A stretch of DNA of 64,000 nt from Octopus vulgaris (Eukaryota). Position 1 is the stretch's first letter. Every line of letters starts with the position of its first letter. The notes beneath the pieces are model-generated. The model ran no database searches and was not told the DNA's origin. It saw nothing but the letters and a program-made list of their open reading frames with translations. The DNA lies in assembly GCA_951406725.2 (NCBI GenBank), contig OX597819.1:12214001-12278000 (forward strand), given 5' to 3'. The position numbers were made by a program, and so were the translations under genes. This document shows, one piece after another, positions 12,350 to 25,177 of this stretch.

Positions 12350-12530
12350 GATTGGATTACTAGAAAGGCCATGAAAGCTAGACAAAAATCTGGTTGGATG
12401 ATTAGAATCTGAAGAAACTAAACAATAGTAATGGCATTGTATCAAAGCATGATTCTACTTCATCTAGAATACAGCTCAGTTATTTCCAACATTAAATGAA
12501 GACCTAAAAATCCATGAAAATGTGGAAATA
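12350..12530 (+). mobile_element. Degraded CR1/L2 LINE ORF2 fragment
   Basis: Reads KAMKARQKSGWMIRI*...MALYQSMILLHLEYSSV, resembling the post-RT 'LYKSLVRPHLEY' motif. Confidence 0.5.
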
Positions 12531-14095
12531 TTATTAGCACCTAAAATCTAGCCCCTTGAAAGCAAAGATTATTGGGAGCTATTTGAGGTGCCATTCTTTT
12601 TGTCTGAAGAACCTTCTTACAAAACCAGGTTCCATAATTTCCTATAATGAGAAGGGAATAGGAAAACTTTGCAAAATCTCTTAATTACACACAGGTGCCT
12701 ATAAGAATGCAGAGGAAATTAATTTCAAATCAGAAGTCCAAAACTTATTAACCTATTGCTGAAATGAATCAGAGATCTTGAGAACATTCCTTACAATACA
12801 TTAGAAGTTAGCCCTGGCAAATACCACAGAAATATTTCCAGATTTACCTTCTGTTGAATGTTAAGCACAATTTTGAGCTAGAATCTCTAATTCTTTGTTA
12901 GAGATGATACCAGCATTCAATGGACCAAGTTTGAACCAGAGCAGATTCTAACAGAGATGTACAATAACAAGAAGAAATTCAGGACAAAAAATTGATTAAA
13001 GTTCTGACACTGAAACATGTTACATTTTAGAGAAGCTAAATTGAATAATGTCCATTAAGATATCATCATCATCATCATCATTTAACGTCCAATTTCCATG
13101 CTGGCATGGGTTGAACGGTTTGTCAGGAGCAGGCAAGTCCAGGAGCCACACCAGCAAGAGACAAAATGATGGTTTTGAATGTAAAGAATTATATGAACAC
13201 AATGTTTGATTAAGACTTTCTATGACTTGATACAGCAAAAGTGAAACATAGTTATGGGGGGAAAAAATGAAATATTACCCATGCAGTATTAGAGAAAGGA
13301 ATTTTCAACTTACAGTAATGAAATAAGAATGAATGTGCAGCAATTTGTCAATAATTTACAATAATTATGCGCTAAAGACATCATAAAACCTTTCTCACAT
13401 ATTTTCTTACTGGATTCATAGATTTTTTGTGCATCAAATGGAAATTTCGATATTTTTGAGATTAGACAAAAACTATTTGGTATCATCAGCATATATACCA
13501 TTAGTTTTGAATTTGAAATACTATTTTGTAGGCTATTTTTGTAGTTTGAAAATTAGAATAGGACCTAGAAATGGTGTAACAAGAAACATTATTTAGACAA
13601 AGCACTCGAGATCTGTTATTCAAATAATATTGCAACCAAGGATTTTTAATCAATTTTATTTTTTAAAAATTCTATCAAATACTTTAGCAATGTCTCAAGA
13701 TGTTAATTTATCATCAAAACTTTTATCCATTCCTTTAAACCCACTTTATCTTCAGTTATTGATTCCCTAGTTTTCCTGACACTGCAATATAAAATAAATA
13801 ATGTACTGATTGGTAATTTGTTTTCTGGACCCTGAAAGGGCATCCGGCCATAGAAACCAAGCCAAAATAGACTATGGAACCTGGTATGACCTCTGGCTTT
13901 GCCAGTTCCTGTCAAGACATCCAGCCCCTGCCAGCATGGAAAACGAACATTAAATGATGGTGGTAATGAAGAAAAGATGAAAGGCAAAGTTGATCTTGGT
14001 GGAATTTGAACTCAGAAAATAAAGAGCAAGAAGAAATGCTACTGAGTCCAACATGCTTTCTGTTGTCTCATTGCTTTATGAGCATTTTCGGTGCT

Positions 14096-14626
14096 ACACA
14101 AGCACCATGCTGGCCAGTGACTTTTACAAAATAATCTCAAGCGAAGATGAAGCAGTGTCCTTTTCGAGAGATTCCAATCTTATTGACCAGGTAGAAAATG
14201 CTCAGGATAAATGATGACCTGTGTACTACTTTTTTAAATGATATCAGATCAGTTTACAAACATGAAAAATCTACCATCCATTTTCTACTATAGCATGACA
14301 GCTACCAACTGTTAGTAGTATGAAATATGTTAAAAATCATTAAACATTTATTTTGCAAAAGGAAAAGAGCATAATAAAGAGTTTATGGTATAAGATTTAT
14401 TAAAAATCATTTACATCTTATACAAAATTTTTTTTAAATCATCAAATATTGATTTTAATGTTTGTAAACTGATCTGATATCATTTAAAAATGCAGTGAGC
14501 AGGTCATCGTTTTTCCTGAGCGTTTTGTAAATGGTTAATAAGATTGTGATCTCTCAAAAAGGATACTGTTTCATTTCCATTTGAGATTATCTTGCAAAAG
14601 TCTCTGGCCAGCGTGATACTAGTGTG
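14096..14626. mobile_element. MITE with ~165-bp imperfect TIRs
   Basis: 14096-14263 is a diverged reverse complement of 14458-14626. Confidence 0.7.
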
Positions 14627-14722
14627 AACAACTAAATGGGCTGGATATAACCCATTTGTGCCGAAATTATTCTAGTGAATGAAATTGCCTGAAAATTCAC
14701 AGATACTTTTATTTTGACCTAA

Positions 14723-15170
14723 ATCATCATCATCATCATTTAACATCCGTTTTCTATTCTAGCACGGGTTGGATGGTTTAACTGGGGACTGGCAAGCCAG
14801 GAGGCCGCACTAGGCTCTAATCAGATTTGGTAGTGTTTCTACAGCTGGATGCCCTTCCTAATGCCAACCACTCTGAGAGTGTAGTGGATGCTTTTTAGGT
14901 GTCACCAGCATGGGAGTCAATTAGGCAGCACTGGCACTGGTATTGGCCACGTTCGGTGGTGCTTTTTACATGCTACTGGCACAGGAGCCAGTTGCGGAGG
15001 GGAAGCTGGCGTCGACCATGTTCAGATGTTGCTTTCTACATGCCACTGGAACAGGGAGCAAGTCAAGTGGCACTGGCAACACCCACGCATGCATGGTGCT
15101 TATTGCGTGCCACCAGTACAGAAGCCAGGCAGGCAGCACTGGCATCGGCCACAACTACAATTCCATTTAA
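14723..15170 (-). mobile_element. Family-2 retroelement with internal ~60-bp subrepeats
   Basis: (CAT)n end, CTGGATGCCCTTCCTAA motif, repeated GGTGCTTTT...TGCCAC units. Confidence 0.75.
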
Positions 15171-17197
15171 TTTGATTTGATTATGATTTTGATTTTACTT
15201 GACTCAATATGTCTCCTCAAGCACGGAAAGTTGCCTGAAAAAAATTTCATTGAAATCTGTTTGATACAGACTGCATATGCATTGAGAACATGTTTCATTC
15301 TTTGATACAAATCATACACAAATCACAATTTGTATCAAGTATTTGTTTTACACCCTTATAAATTATCAGTTTAAACGGACGATTGGCATGAATGGGTTAA
15401 TTGCTGAAGGCCTTAAGTAGGTGGTTTGTTAGGGTTAGGACATTATTATTTACTCTAGGTTGCAAATAGCAATGTAGATATCATACTATAATAGCACTGC
15501 ATTTTCTTAGGTTAGCAAGATGGCATTTGGGTGATGGTTACTTGCATGGAGGTGTACTTACTTTGTAAAGAAAAACAAAGCTTCAATACAAATTTCTGTG
15601 CAGACATACATCAAAAAATTAGAGAGAACATTGCTCAGAATATATATATATAGTCATAGCTCTGTGGTTAGCAAACTCACTTAGCAACCACATGGTTTTG
15701 GGTTCAGTCCCACTGCAAAGCACTTTAAGCAAGTGTCTTCTATTATTGTTCTGGACTGACCAATGCTTTGTGAATAGATTTTGTAAATGGAAACTGTGTG
15801 GAAGCCTGTCGCATATGGAACGCCCCCCACCACCACCACCACCATCACCAACACTTGAAACCAGTGTTGCATTGTTTACATTCCTGTAACTTCATGGTTT
15901 GATGAGAAAGACCGATACAATAATATGTACTGGACTTAAAAAACCAAGTGCTGGCTTTGATTTGTTCGTTTCAACCGTTCAAGCCAGTGCCCCATCATGG
16001 CTGCAGTCTTATTGCTGAAACAAATAAATGATAGTTAACTTGTTACAGGCATAATCATGGGCTAATGCCCACACTATAATTAGCAAATATTAAATATTCA
16101 CCCTTTCGTTACTGCAACTATTTTGAGATGCTCTGTGTTTCAATTCATTTTAGATAAAACAAAGAGTTTAGTAAAATACCTTGGTTATCATTAAATTGTG
16201 ACTAAGGTTTGGGGGAAGATTTTAATTTAGAACTTATGAAAACAAGAGATTTGTACTACAGAGCCAGAGGTGGTTTCAGCTGGGTTGGTAGTATTGAGTT
16301 GAAATCATTGTGTGGGCATGTCCCATCATAGATCTACTTCCAACCATGTCCTTCATTCATCAATATACTGAAGTGAATGCTAATGCTTGCAAAATAGGTT
16401 TTTGTGATTTGTGCATCTAAAAACTGAGGAAATAAATTTCAGGCTGATGCAGATTTATGTAATTCAGTTCTTAAAACAACTAAAAATATTGAAAGCTGAT
16501 AATGCAAACACAGTTGTTGTCATTTTGTTTTACAATGCTTTTGCAGTTTGTATTAAATTTCTATTTATTTAAATCTGAATTAGCTTCTTAGTTTAATAAG
16601 ATACAAACGGACTGCCAGAATGAAAAAGCACTGCACTTTGAAATACATGGGAAAGAATTTTCAATTAGTACTTGTTGAATAAAATACAACCACACTCATA
16701 GACAGCTACAATCACTCTGCTGTGAAATCTGTTGGGAGACATTTTCTAGAAATGTTTTAACCATATTTCTGTAGAGATGCTCTGTTTCTTTCTATTAATT
16801 TTCAATATAAGACATTTTTTCTACTACAGAGCCAGAGGCAGTCTCAGCCAGGTTGGTATCAAAAGGGTTGAAGGAACATAAACAGATACAGGGGTAGACC
16901 ATAGCAAAATAGGCAGAAGACAATATAGATGAGAGGTGTGATCCACTGAGTATTGATCATGAACTCTTTATGAGATTTTGTTGAGAATAGTCAATCACAC
17001 ACTACACAAATAGTTATTTCACAAATATTTGGTCATTAGTATCTAATATTTATTTGTTTGTTTTTCTTTCAGGACAGATTTCCAGATGAAAGAATTTCTG
17101 CAGAGGATACTGCAAGTCAGCAGTGCTGGGATAGAGATTTATCTACCAACTAATATCTTAATTGAGTGAAAGAAAACTATAAAATTTAACTGAGAGA

Positions 17198-18571
17198 ATG
17201 TTTCAGAAAGTGAGCAAACGTTACAAATGTGGCATTTGTGGTAAAGTACTTACTACAAAATGTAATTTAGCTATTCACAGGCGCACTCATACAGGGGAAA
17301 AGCCATACCACTGTGAAGTATGTGAGAAAGCATTCTCTGTAAAAGCTTATTTAACAGAACACAAACGTACACATACAGGAGAGAAACCATTTCATTGTGA
17401 AATATGTGGAAAATCATTTTCTGATAAAGGTTACATAAAGATACACAAACGTACTCACACTGGAGAGAAACCATACCACTGTGAAATCTGTGGCAAAGCA
17501 TTTTCACAGTTTCATAATGTGAGAAGTCATCAACTTATTCACACTGGAGAAAAACGATACCATTGTGAAATCTGTGGCAAGCCATTTTCTCGACTTGGTA
17601 ATTTATCAAGACATAAACGTACTCACACTGGAGAGAAGCCATACAGGTGTGATGACTGTGGGAAAGCTTTTTCTAATGTGAGTGATTGTGAAAAACACAG
17701 AGGCGTGCACTCAAAACCTTACCACTGTGAAATCTGTGATAAAACATTTTCTGTCAAAGAGTCTTTAACAGTACACAAACGTGTTCACACTGGAGAGAAG
17801 CCATATGCTTGTGAAGTATGTGGGAAAGGATTTACAAGTAGTGGTACCTTAATAAGGCATAAACGTACTCACACAGGGGAAAAACGACACCGCTGTGAAA
17901 TCTGTGGGAAATCTTTTCCAGAAAAATATGTCTTAACATTACACAAACGAATTCACACAGGAGAGAAACCATATCACTGTGCGGTTTGTGGAAAAGACTT
18001 TTCTGATAGGTGCAGCTTAAAGAAACACAATCGTATTCATACTGGAGAAAAACCACATCACTGTGAAATCTGTGGCAAAGCATTTTCTCAAAATGGGACT
18101 TTAAAAAGACACAGACGTATTCACACAGGAGAGAAACCATATCACTGTCTAATATGTGGGAAAGAATTTTCACATAAGAGCAGCTTAACAGAACATACAC
18201 GTATTCATACTGGGGAAAAGCCACACTACTGTGAAATCTGTGGCAAAGCATTTTCTGAAAAATCTGTCCTATTAGTTCATAAACGCACTCATACTGGAGA
18301 AAAACCATATCACTGTGAAGTTTGTGGCAAGGAATTTTCCAATAGTGGCAGCTTAAAAGGACATATACATACACACACTGGAGAGAAATCACATTACTGT
18401 GAAATCTGTGGCAAAGCATTTTCTAACTTGAGGTGTTTAATAAGGCATAATCGTACCCATACTGGGGAAAAACCATACAGCTGTGTTATTTGTGGGAAAT
18501 CATTTCATCGTAGTGATTATATATCTTCTCATAAATGTACTTTTAATGATGGAGATAAACCTTACCACTGA
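17198..18571 (+). CDS. Tandem C2H2 zinc-finger protein (15 C2H2 plus a terminal C2HC-like finger), no effector domain in this exon
   Basis: 457-aa open frame of CxxC...HxxxH fingers with TGEKPY linkers; splice acceptor TTTTTCTTTCAG ending 17072 upstream. Confidence 0.92.
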   Translation: MFQKVSKRYKCGICGKVLTTKCNLAIHRRTHTGEKPYHCEVCEKAFSVKAYLTEHKRTHTGEKPFHCEICGKSFSDKGYIKIHKRTHTGEKPYHCEICGKAFSQFHNVRSHQLIHTGEKRYHCEICGKPFSRLGNLSRHKRTHTGEKPYRCDDCGKAFSNVSDCEKHRGVHSKPYHCEICDKTFSVKESLTVHKRVHTGEKPYACEVCGKGFTSSGTLIRHKRTHTGEKRHRCEICGKSFPEKYVLTLHKRIHTGEKPYHCAVCGKDFSDRCSLKKHNRIHTGEKPHHCEICGKAFSQNGTLKRHRRIHTGEKPYHCLICGKEFSHKSSLTEHTRIHTGEKPHYCEICGKAFSEKSVLLVHKRTHTGEKPYHCEVCGKEFSNSGSLKGHIHTHTGEKSHYCEICGKAFSNLRCLIRHNRTHTGEKPYSCVICGKSFHRSDYISSHKCTFNDGDKPYH

Positions 18572-19389
18572 CTTTTGTAGGAAAGCATATTATAAAACCA
18601 TTTTGTTGTGATATTTGTATTAAAGAATTTATGTTATTAAATTACTATAAATGTTTATAATATGTTTTATGTATTCTTTGGAAAATGTAGAAAATTTTTC
18701 TTTTAGTAAATTGTAGTAAATGTTACTTGTTAGGTCGCATGTATCATACAATATGGTTAGAGTGAGAAAACTTGTTATTACTACTAGCAACACAACAGAA
18801 ATAGGGAGACATAGAACACTCCAACCACTGCATGCAGTTGTCTGGCTTCTGTCAAAGGGATAGTATCAAAATGTACCAAGGAGTCAGGACTAAATACAAG
18901 GCCATCATGATGCAAATTGGGATGTGTCCCCTTTACACAAGTAAATCCTGGAATAGCATGGAAAGGATGAAGAAGATAGATAAGGCCAACTAACTCATGG
19001 TATGATAAGTAAAAATGCTAGAATATTTATTAAACGTTATTACTGTTATTTCTTTATTTTCTGCAAACAAAATGTACAAAAAAGCTACACGTTTGCATTA
19101 TGTTATATATACAATAATAATAAAGGACGTTACCATATACATTTTTACAAACCAAGGACGGTATATAGACCTCCTTGACTCAAGTTAGAGAAGAGTTGCA
19201 TATTATACACAAGGTTTAGGTTTTTCAGAGGTACAGCCCACTAAAAATCCCCTGCGTGTTATACTCAAGGGCGGACTATACTCAAGGATTTACGGTAATT
19301 CTTTCATACCCAACTACTAGAGTTTACACAACAATTCAGTGATTAATATCCCCAAAATTAGGGTTTTTATAACTGCTCATACATGAATT

Positions 19390-19790
19390 GAATCTTTTCG
19401 GTTTGACCGGCAATTTTTAAAAATAATTTCCACATAACTAAACACTTTTAAACTTCGTATACTGGTAGAATGTGCTTATAAAACATCTTTTTCTCTTGGC
19501 TTTATTGAGAAAATTCTATATTTTGTAAAATATTTGTTGTTGTTTTTCTGCAATTTCAACCAATCAATGACGTCTATTGAGGTGAAAACATTCTGTGCCG
19601 TATGAATATGTCCTTCGTTTAAGAAACAGATTGGGATTATTTACATTTTTGAAGAAAAAAAGATACCCTTTCCCCACCCCTAACCCTAACACAGATTGAA
19701 ATGCAATAGATCGATACTAGGGTCATAATTATGGGTGACAATTTCATATGGCACCACTAGAAAAAACTGCCGTTCAAACCGAAAAGCTCC
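19390..19790. mobile_element. Merlin-like MITE monomer
   Basis: TIRs GAATCTTTTCGGTTTGACCGGCA / TGCCGTTCAAACCGAAAAGCTCC; reverse-oriented homolog of 8890-9298. Confidence 0.8.
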
Positions 19791-19810
19791 CCGTATTTCG
19801 TGAAAGATTT

Positions 19811-20587
19811 GGATCTTTTCCTTTTGAACAGCACTTTCTAGGTAACTAAAAAGTTTTAAACTTCGTATACTGGTAGAATGTGTTTATAAAACATCATTTT
19901 TTCTTGGCTTTATTGAGAAAATTCTATATGTTGTAACATATTTCATCTTTAATTTTGAGCATTTCGGCAATTTTAACCAATCGCTGACATCCATTTACGT
20001 AAATAACATTCTGTGCATAATGAATATGTCCCTCGTTTAAGAAATGGATTGGGTTTATTTACATTTGCGAAGAAAAAAGATACCCTTCCCCAACCCCTAA
20101 CCCTAAATCTAAAATAGATTGAAATGCAATAGATCGATACTAGGGTTATAATTATGGGTGACAATTTCATACGACACTGCTACGGAAAATGGGATTTTTT
20201 TCTAGCGGTGTCAAATGAAAATGTCACCCATAATTATGGCCCTAGTATCGATCTATTGCATTTCAATCTATTTTAGATTTAAGGTTAGGGGTTGGGGAAG
20301 GGTATCTTTTTTTCTTCGCAAATGTAAATAAACCTAATCTGTTTCTTAAACGAGGGACATATTCATTATGCACAGAATGCTATTTACCTAAATGGACATC
20401 AGTGATTGGTTAAAATTGCCGAAATGCTCGAAATTAAAGACGAAATATGTTACAACCTATAGAATTTTCTCAATAAAGCCAAGAGAAAATGATGTTTTAT
20501 AAACACATTCTACCAGTATACGAAGTTTAAAACTTTTTAGTTACCTAGAAATTATGTTACAAAGTGCCGTTCAAAAGGAAAAGATCC
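19811..20587. mobile_element. Palindromic dimeric MITE with 8-bp TSD
   Basis: ~380-bp inverted arms, ends GGATCTTTTCC...GGAAAAGATCC, flanked by AAAGATTT at 19803-19810 and 20588-20595. Confidence 0.85.
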
Positions 20588-21498
20588 AAAGATTTCTCTT
20601 TGACGAAAGTTTAGAATTCAAATATGGGCAGTAATTTTAACCAATGGGAAACTAACAATTATACTCGTTCGGACAACATGACTATTACGTCATATTCCCG
20701 CCGTTTACAATTTCCTTGCTACACAGCATTCTAAGTTTCTCACAAAACATTTACGGAAGTCGAGTCGTCATAGCGGGAGTTATGATTAATTAGCAGATGT
20801 TTATGTTTGATGTTAACAAGTTATAGTTATTCACGAGCAGCAATATATATATATGTTTGTTTATCTATTGTTTTGCATGTGTTTAATATAGATAATTATT
20901 TCCCATCCTGGGTTGATATCAAAGTTTTTCAGTTAATTAACTGTCAGTCCAATTAACTAACCTGTCTTCTGTAAATTGCTGTTACTGATTTTGTGTAATG
21001 TCGGCTAGTCTCTTAAACACGTGGCTAGGTGTGATGGTTGTGTGTCCAGGTTCACATTAGAGACTTTCTGGTGTCCAGAGAGTATTGAAAGAATTAACAG
21101 GTTTTAGATTGAAAATTCAAATAAGTTTGTAAAGAATAATAAGTGAAAATGCTGAAGTAATAAAAATTATTGGTAACGAAGTCTGGGCAGGAGAGAGAAG
21201 GAAATATACAAATACCACGTTATTGTTTGTGTGTGTGAAATAAGTGAAAGTATAATATTAAAACAAAATTTCTGTTACATACGTCTTAAAACTCACTGGA
21301 TATGTTAATCCCAAATTGCAGATTGTAATAAGGTATGAGAGAAAAACTAGGATCTTGTGAATTTTCCGAAGTTCTTCTCACCCACCCGTCGCTTTCTGTG
21401 CATTTCTAGTTCAATATTGGTTTTCTACAGATTTTTTTTACACCGACTGCACTGTTTTTTTGTTTTCGACTTCGTTTCTGGGTAATATTGTAAACATA

Positions 21499-21829
21499 GG
21501 CGCAGGAGTGGCTGTGTGGTAAACCATATGGGTCCGGGTTCAGTCCCACTGCGTGGCACCTCTGGCAAGTGTCTTCTACTATGGCCTCGGGCCGACCAAA
21601 GCCTTGCGAGTGAATTTGGTAGACGGAAACTTAAAGAAGCCCGTCGTATATGTGTGTTTGTTCCCGTCCCCTTCGCTTGACAAACGATGCTGCTGTGTTT
21701 ACGTACCCATAAAGTAGCGGTTCGGCAAATAAGCTCGATAGAATAAGTACGAAGCTTACAATGAATAAATCCTGTGGTCGATTTGTTTGACTAAAGACCG
21801 TGATCCAGCATGGCCGCAGTCAAATGACC
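21499..21829 (+). mobile_element. tRNA-derived SINE family 1 (inside the inverted duplication)
   Basis: Shares the head deletion of the 225-565 copy. Confidence 0.85.
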
Positions 21830-22155
21830 AAAATTTGTTGTGTATGTTCTTTAATGTATGGAAATTGATTCCATGTTGTTTTTTTTTCAGATTGATTATT
21901 TTGTTTGAAATTTAGAAGCCCTACAAACGTGGCTGGATGTTTTACTGTGCAGGAGCGTGCTCAGCTAGCTGCACTTTACGAAGTTTAGAGATCAGTTGTT
22001 CAAGTGCAAAGATGGTGAAGGACCATTAGAGAAAGACATGCTCAAGTTGATGCAAAGATAATCAAGAATTGCCATGCAAAATTCATGACTACAGGATTTG
22101 TAGCTGATACTTGAAGTGTTCATCCTTCCAATTCATCAAGGTTCGCATGACTGGC
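21830..22155 (+). mobile_element. Inverted internal fragment of the Tc1/mariner element at 25178-25888
   Basis: Reverse complement of ~25493-25818; no TIRs. Confidence 0.85.
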
Positions 22156-22269
22156 AAAGGCCAATGCAATGTGGATATTATATATTCCTATACAGCAACA
22201 CTTTTTTGGAGCGGAGTCAGATATAACCCTGTAAAGTACTGTTATTTGTAAATTACTTCCTTACAGACT

Positions 22270-22810
22270 GTTGGTCGCATGCATTAGTCATGGAAAATTT
22301 AAACATTTCGTATCCGACCTCAATTGATTGGCGATCCTTCTGCTCCGAGGTTTGTCAGCATTGGGTAGAGAATTACCAGGACCAAATCGGTGGACCAGGA
22401 GTTGAAGTAGAGATTGATGAAACAGTTATTGCAAGAAGAAAATACAATCGTGGAAGACTCACAAAAACTATCTGGCTTTTCGGTGGGATAGAGCGAGTAG
22501 ACAAAAAAAAATTTGATACCTCTTTCATCTGAGTGTGGTGAAGAAGAAAGGCGAGATGCCGCCACACTGATCCCCTTAATTACCCGATATATACGCTAAG
22601 GGTCCGTAGTATATAGCGATTCTTGGGCTGCGTATAACTCTCTTGGAAATCTCGGCTATACCCACTTCCGCATCAACCACAGTTGATCCGACAAACGCGT
22701 TGGTGCACACACAGACGATAGAGAGATTGTGGGGGTCAGTTAAGAGATCGGTTGTTTGCCCAGGCATTCGTGCCTGTTACTTAAAACAATACCTCCCATC
22801 TCATTTCTTT
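22270..22810 (+). pseudogene. Merlin / IS1595 (ISXO2-like DDE) transposase remnant
   Basis: IDWRSFCSEVC...IGGPGVEVEIDETVIARRKYNRGR...WLFGGIER; frameshifted continuation ATLIPLI...SD and HTQTIERLWGSVK. Confidence 0.85.
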
Positions 22811-24570
22811 ATCATCACTGTCGATGGACCACTCAAAGAGGTATGTATACATTATCATTTTCGTAACATAATTTCTGTAGTATTTCAAGATGTTTATGAC
22901 ACGTATTTTGATTCACATGGCGGAGATCCACCATTTCTTCCCTTTTTCCAGAATTTCTTCTCTTTTTTTTTTTTTTTTTTGCGAAATATGTACAAAAATA
23001 CGGAGTTTATGATTCATGTGTGAGTGTGTGTTCTTGATACTCGTTTAGAACAAGTAGTTTTACATCAATTACACTATTTTTTCTTAGTTTAAAGGCCGTG
23101 GACTGAAGATGTGAAATTTCCGAAGCCTCTCCCCCACCCCCCTTTCGCGAGCGCGCATTTTTTAAATATATTCGTTTAGAGCAAGTTGTTTTACATATAT
23201 TACACTATTTTTGTTTTGTTTTGGTGCCCGGGTCAGCCCCTCAGACGCTTTCGGAAATTCCCGATGTGAATTTTCCGAGGCCTCTCCCCCACTCCCCTTT
23301 CGCGTGCGCGCATTTTTTTTTCATATTCGTTCAGAGGAAGTTGTTTTACACATATTACACACATTTTTTTTTTTGTTTCTTAGAATGGTGTAACGCTTTA
23401 GTTTAACCGTTGATTTGTTTGACTAACGACCGTGATCCAGCATGGCCGCAGTCAAATGACCGAAAGAAATAGAAAAATATCGATAAAGGTGAGATTAATA
23501 AGAAAAGTTTGCATCAAGGGAGAGAAGGGATGATGCGTAAGAGAAAGTCAGTTTTCACTTTGGTACTTAAGCTGCGGAAATTTGAAACATCTAGAATGGT
23601 TAATTTTAGTATATTAGAAGAGCTCAGTCCGTTCAAAAAGAACAATACGATACAAAGCACTAGCAACAGCAGTTCAGTATTAATTTCACGCTTTGCATGA
23701 CAGACATGCTTCACAGCTATACCCCATTGAAAGGGCTAGTTTCTAGAGAAAATGTTGAACGTAGCTGAAAATGAAAAAAAGATGGTCTTTCTGCCCAACT
23801 AAAAGACCTAAAGAACTATCAAGGAAGGTGTGGAGGAGAGAAGAGAGAACTAACGGTCGATGCTTCTAGAACTCCCAGACTGAAAACATTAACACTTGAA
23901 AGACTTTCCCTCTATTCATTACTAAATGTCTTTCCCTCATCTTCATTGTTAAAAGTAAAGAATCTAGAAAAGATGGATTGTATTTCAGTCTAATTGTCAT
24001 TGTAAATGTTTGAGGCTTTCTATTCCCTGTCTCTATGGCTTCACTGCTTTTCTCTACATTTAAGAGTGAAGGTGCGCGACTCGGTGGTCTGAGCAATGTG
24101 ACCCATGATCATTAAGTCATGAGTACGATTTCCGGCAGAGCGTTGTGTTCTTGAGCGAGGTACTGCTCCAGTCGACTCATTTGGCAAAAATGAGTTGTAG
24201 CTGTAATATTCAAAGGGGCCAACCTCTTTTCTAGAAATGTTTTTTTAGGGGAGAATGCATTATACACTCTGTAAAGTGGTTGGTATTAGGAAGGGCGTCC
24301 AGCTGTAGAAACCGTGCCAGAACAGACAATGAAACCTGTAAATGTTTGAGGCTTTCCATTCTCTGTCTATGGCTTCACTGCTTTTCTCTACATTTAAGAG
24401 AGTGAAGGTGCGTGAAACTCCTCAAATATTATTTTCTTATTCTTATTACTTGCTCTCTCTGATTTTTATGAATATGATGAATCTTTATTAGAAATCATTT
24501 TTTCTCTCTTTTTGTATCACCCAAAAAGTTTGATTTGTTCTTTTTGAACTCATTTTTTCTCATATGTGTG

Positions 24571-24910
24571 TCATCATCATCATCGTTTAACGTCCGTTTT
24601 CCGCGCTAGCACGGGTTGGACGGTTCGACCGTGGTCTGGGAAGCCAGGGGCTGCTCCAGGCTCCAGTCTGATCTGGCAGAGTTTCTACGGCTGGATGCCC
24701 TTCCTAACGCCAACCACTCCGCGAGTGTAGTGGGTGCTTTTTACGTGCCACCTGCACAGGTACCAGGGGGGAGGTCCGGCATCGGCCACGATCGGTTGGA
24801 GCTTTTAATGTGCCAGCGGCACGGAAGCCAGCCAAGGCAGCGCTGGCAACGTTCGGATGGTGCTTTTTATGTGCCACCGGCACAGAAGCCAGTCGGGGCG
24901 GCGCTGGCAT
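24571..24910 (-). mobile_element. Family-2 retroelement
   Basis: (CAT)n end plus family motifs. Confidence 0.75.
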
Positions 24911-25029
24911 GTATATATATACATATATATAGATATAGAAGTTCAGCAAAATTTAGATTCAGATGAATAAGTTAAAGGCACCAAAATTTTGTTTGGTATT
25001 ATCCATATAAATCAAATGGGGTGATTATA

Positions 25030-25132
25030 ATCAAAATAAGCAACAAGTATATCCAAGGTAGAGTAGTACAATTGTACTAGCATGAAACAATTGTGCTACT
25101 CTACCTTGGATATACTTGTTGCTTATTTTGAT
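25030..25132. repeat. ~45-bp-arm hairpin containing a 3' half hammerhead-like motif
   Basis: ATCAAAATAAG...ACAATTGT / ACAATTGT...CTTATTTTGAT; GAAA-CAATTG-T(G/A) at 25084-25095; abuts (TA)n. Confidence 0.75.
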
Positions 25133-25177
25133 ATATATATATATATACATATATATATCTTTATGTGTATACATATA

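Noticed and set aside
17832-18419. 195-aa minus-strand ORF and similar ORFs at 17271, 29831, 30568
   Set aside because: Antisense shadows of the zinc-finger repeats
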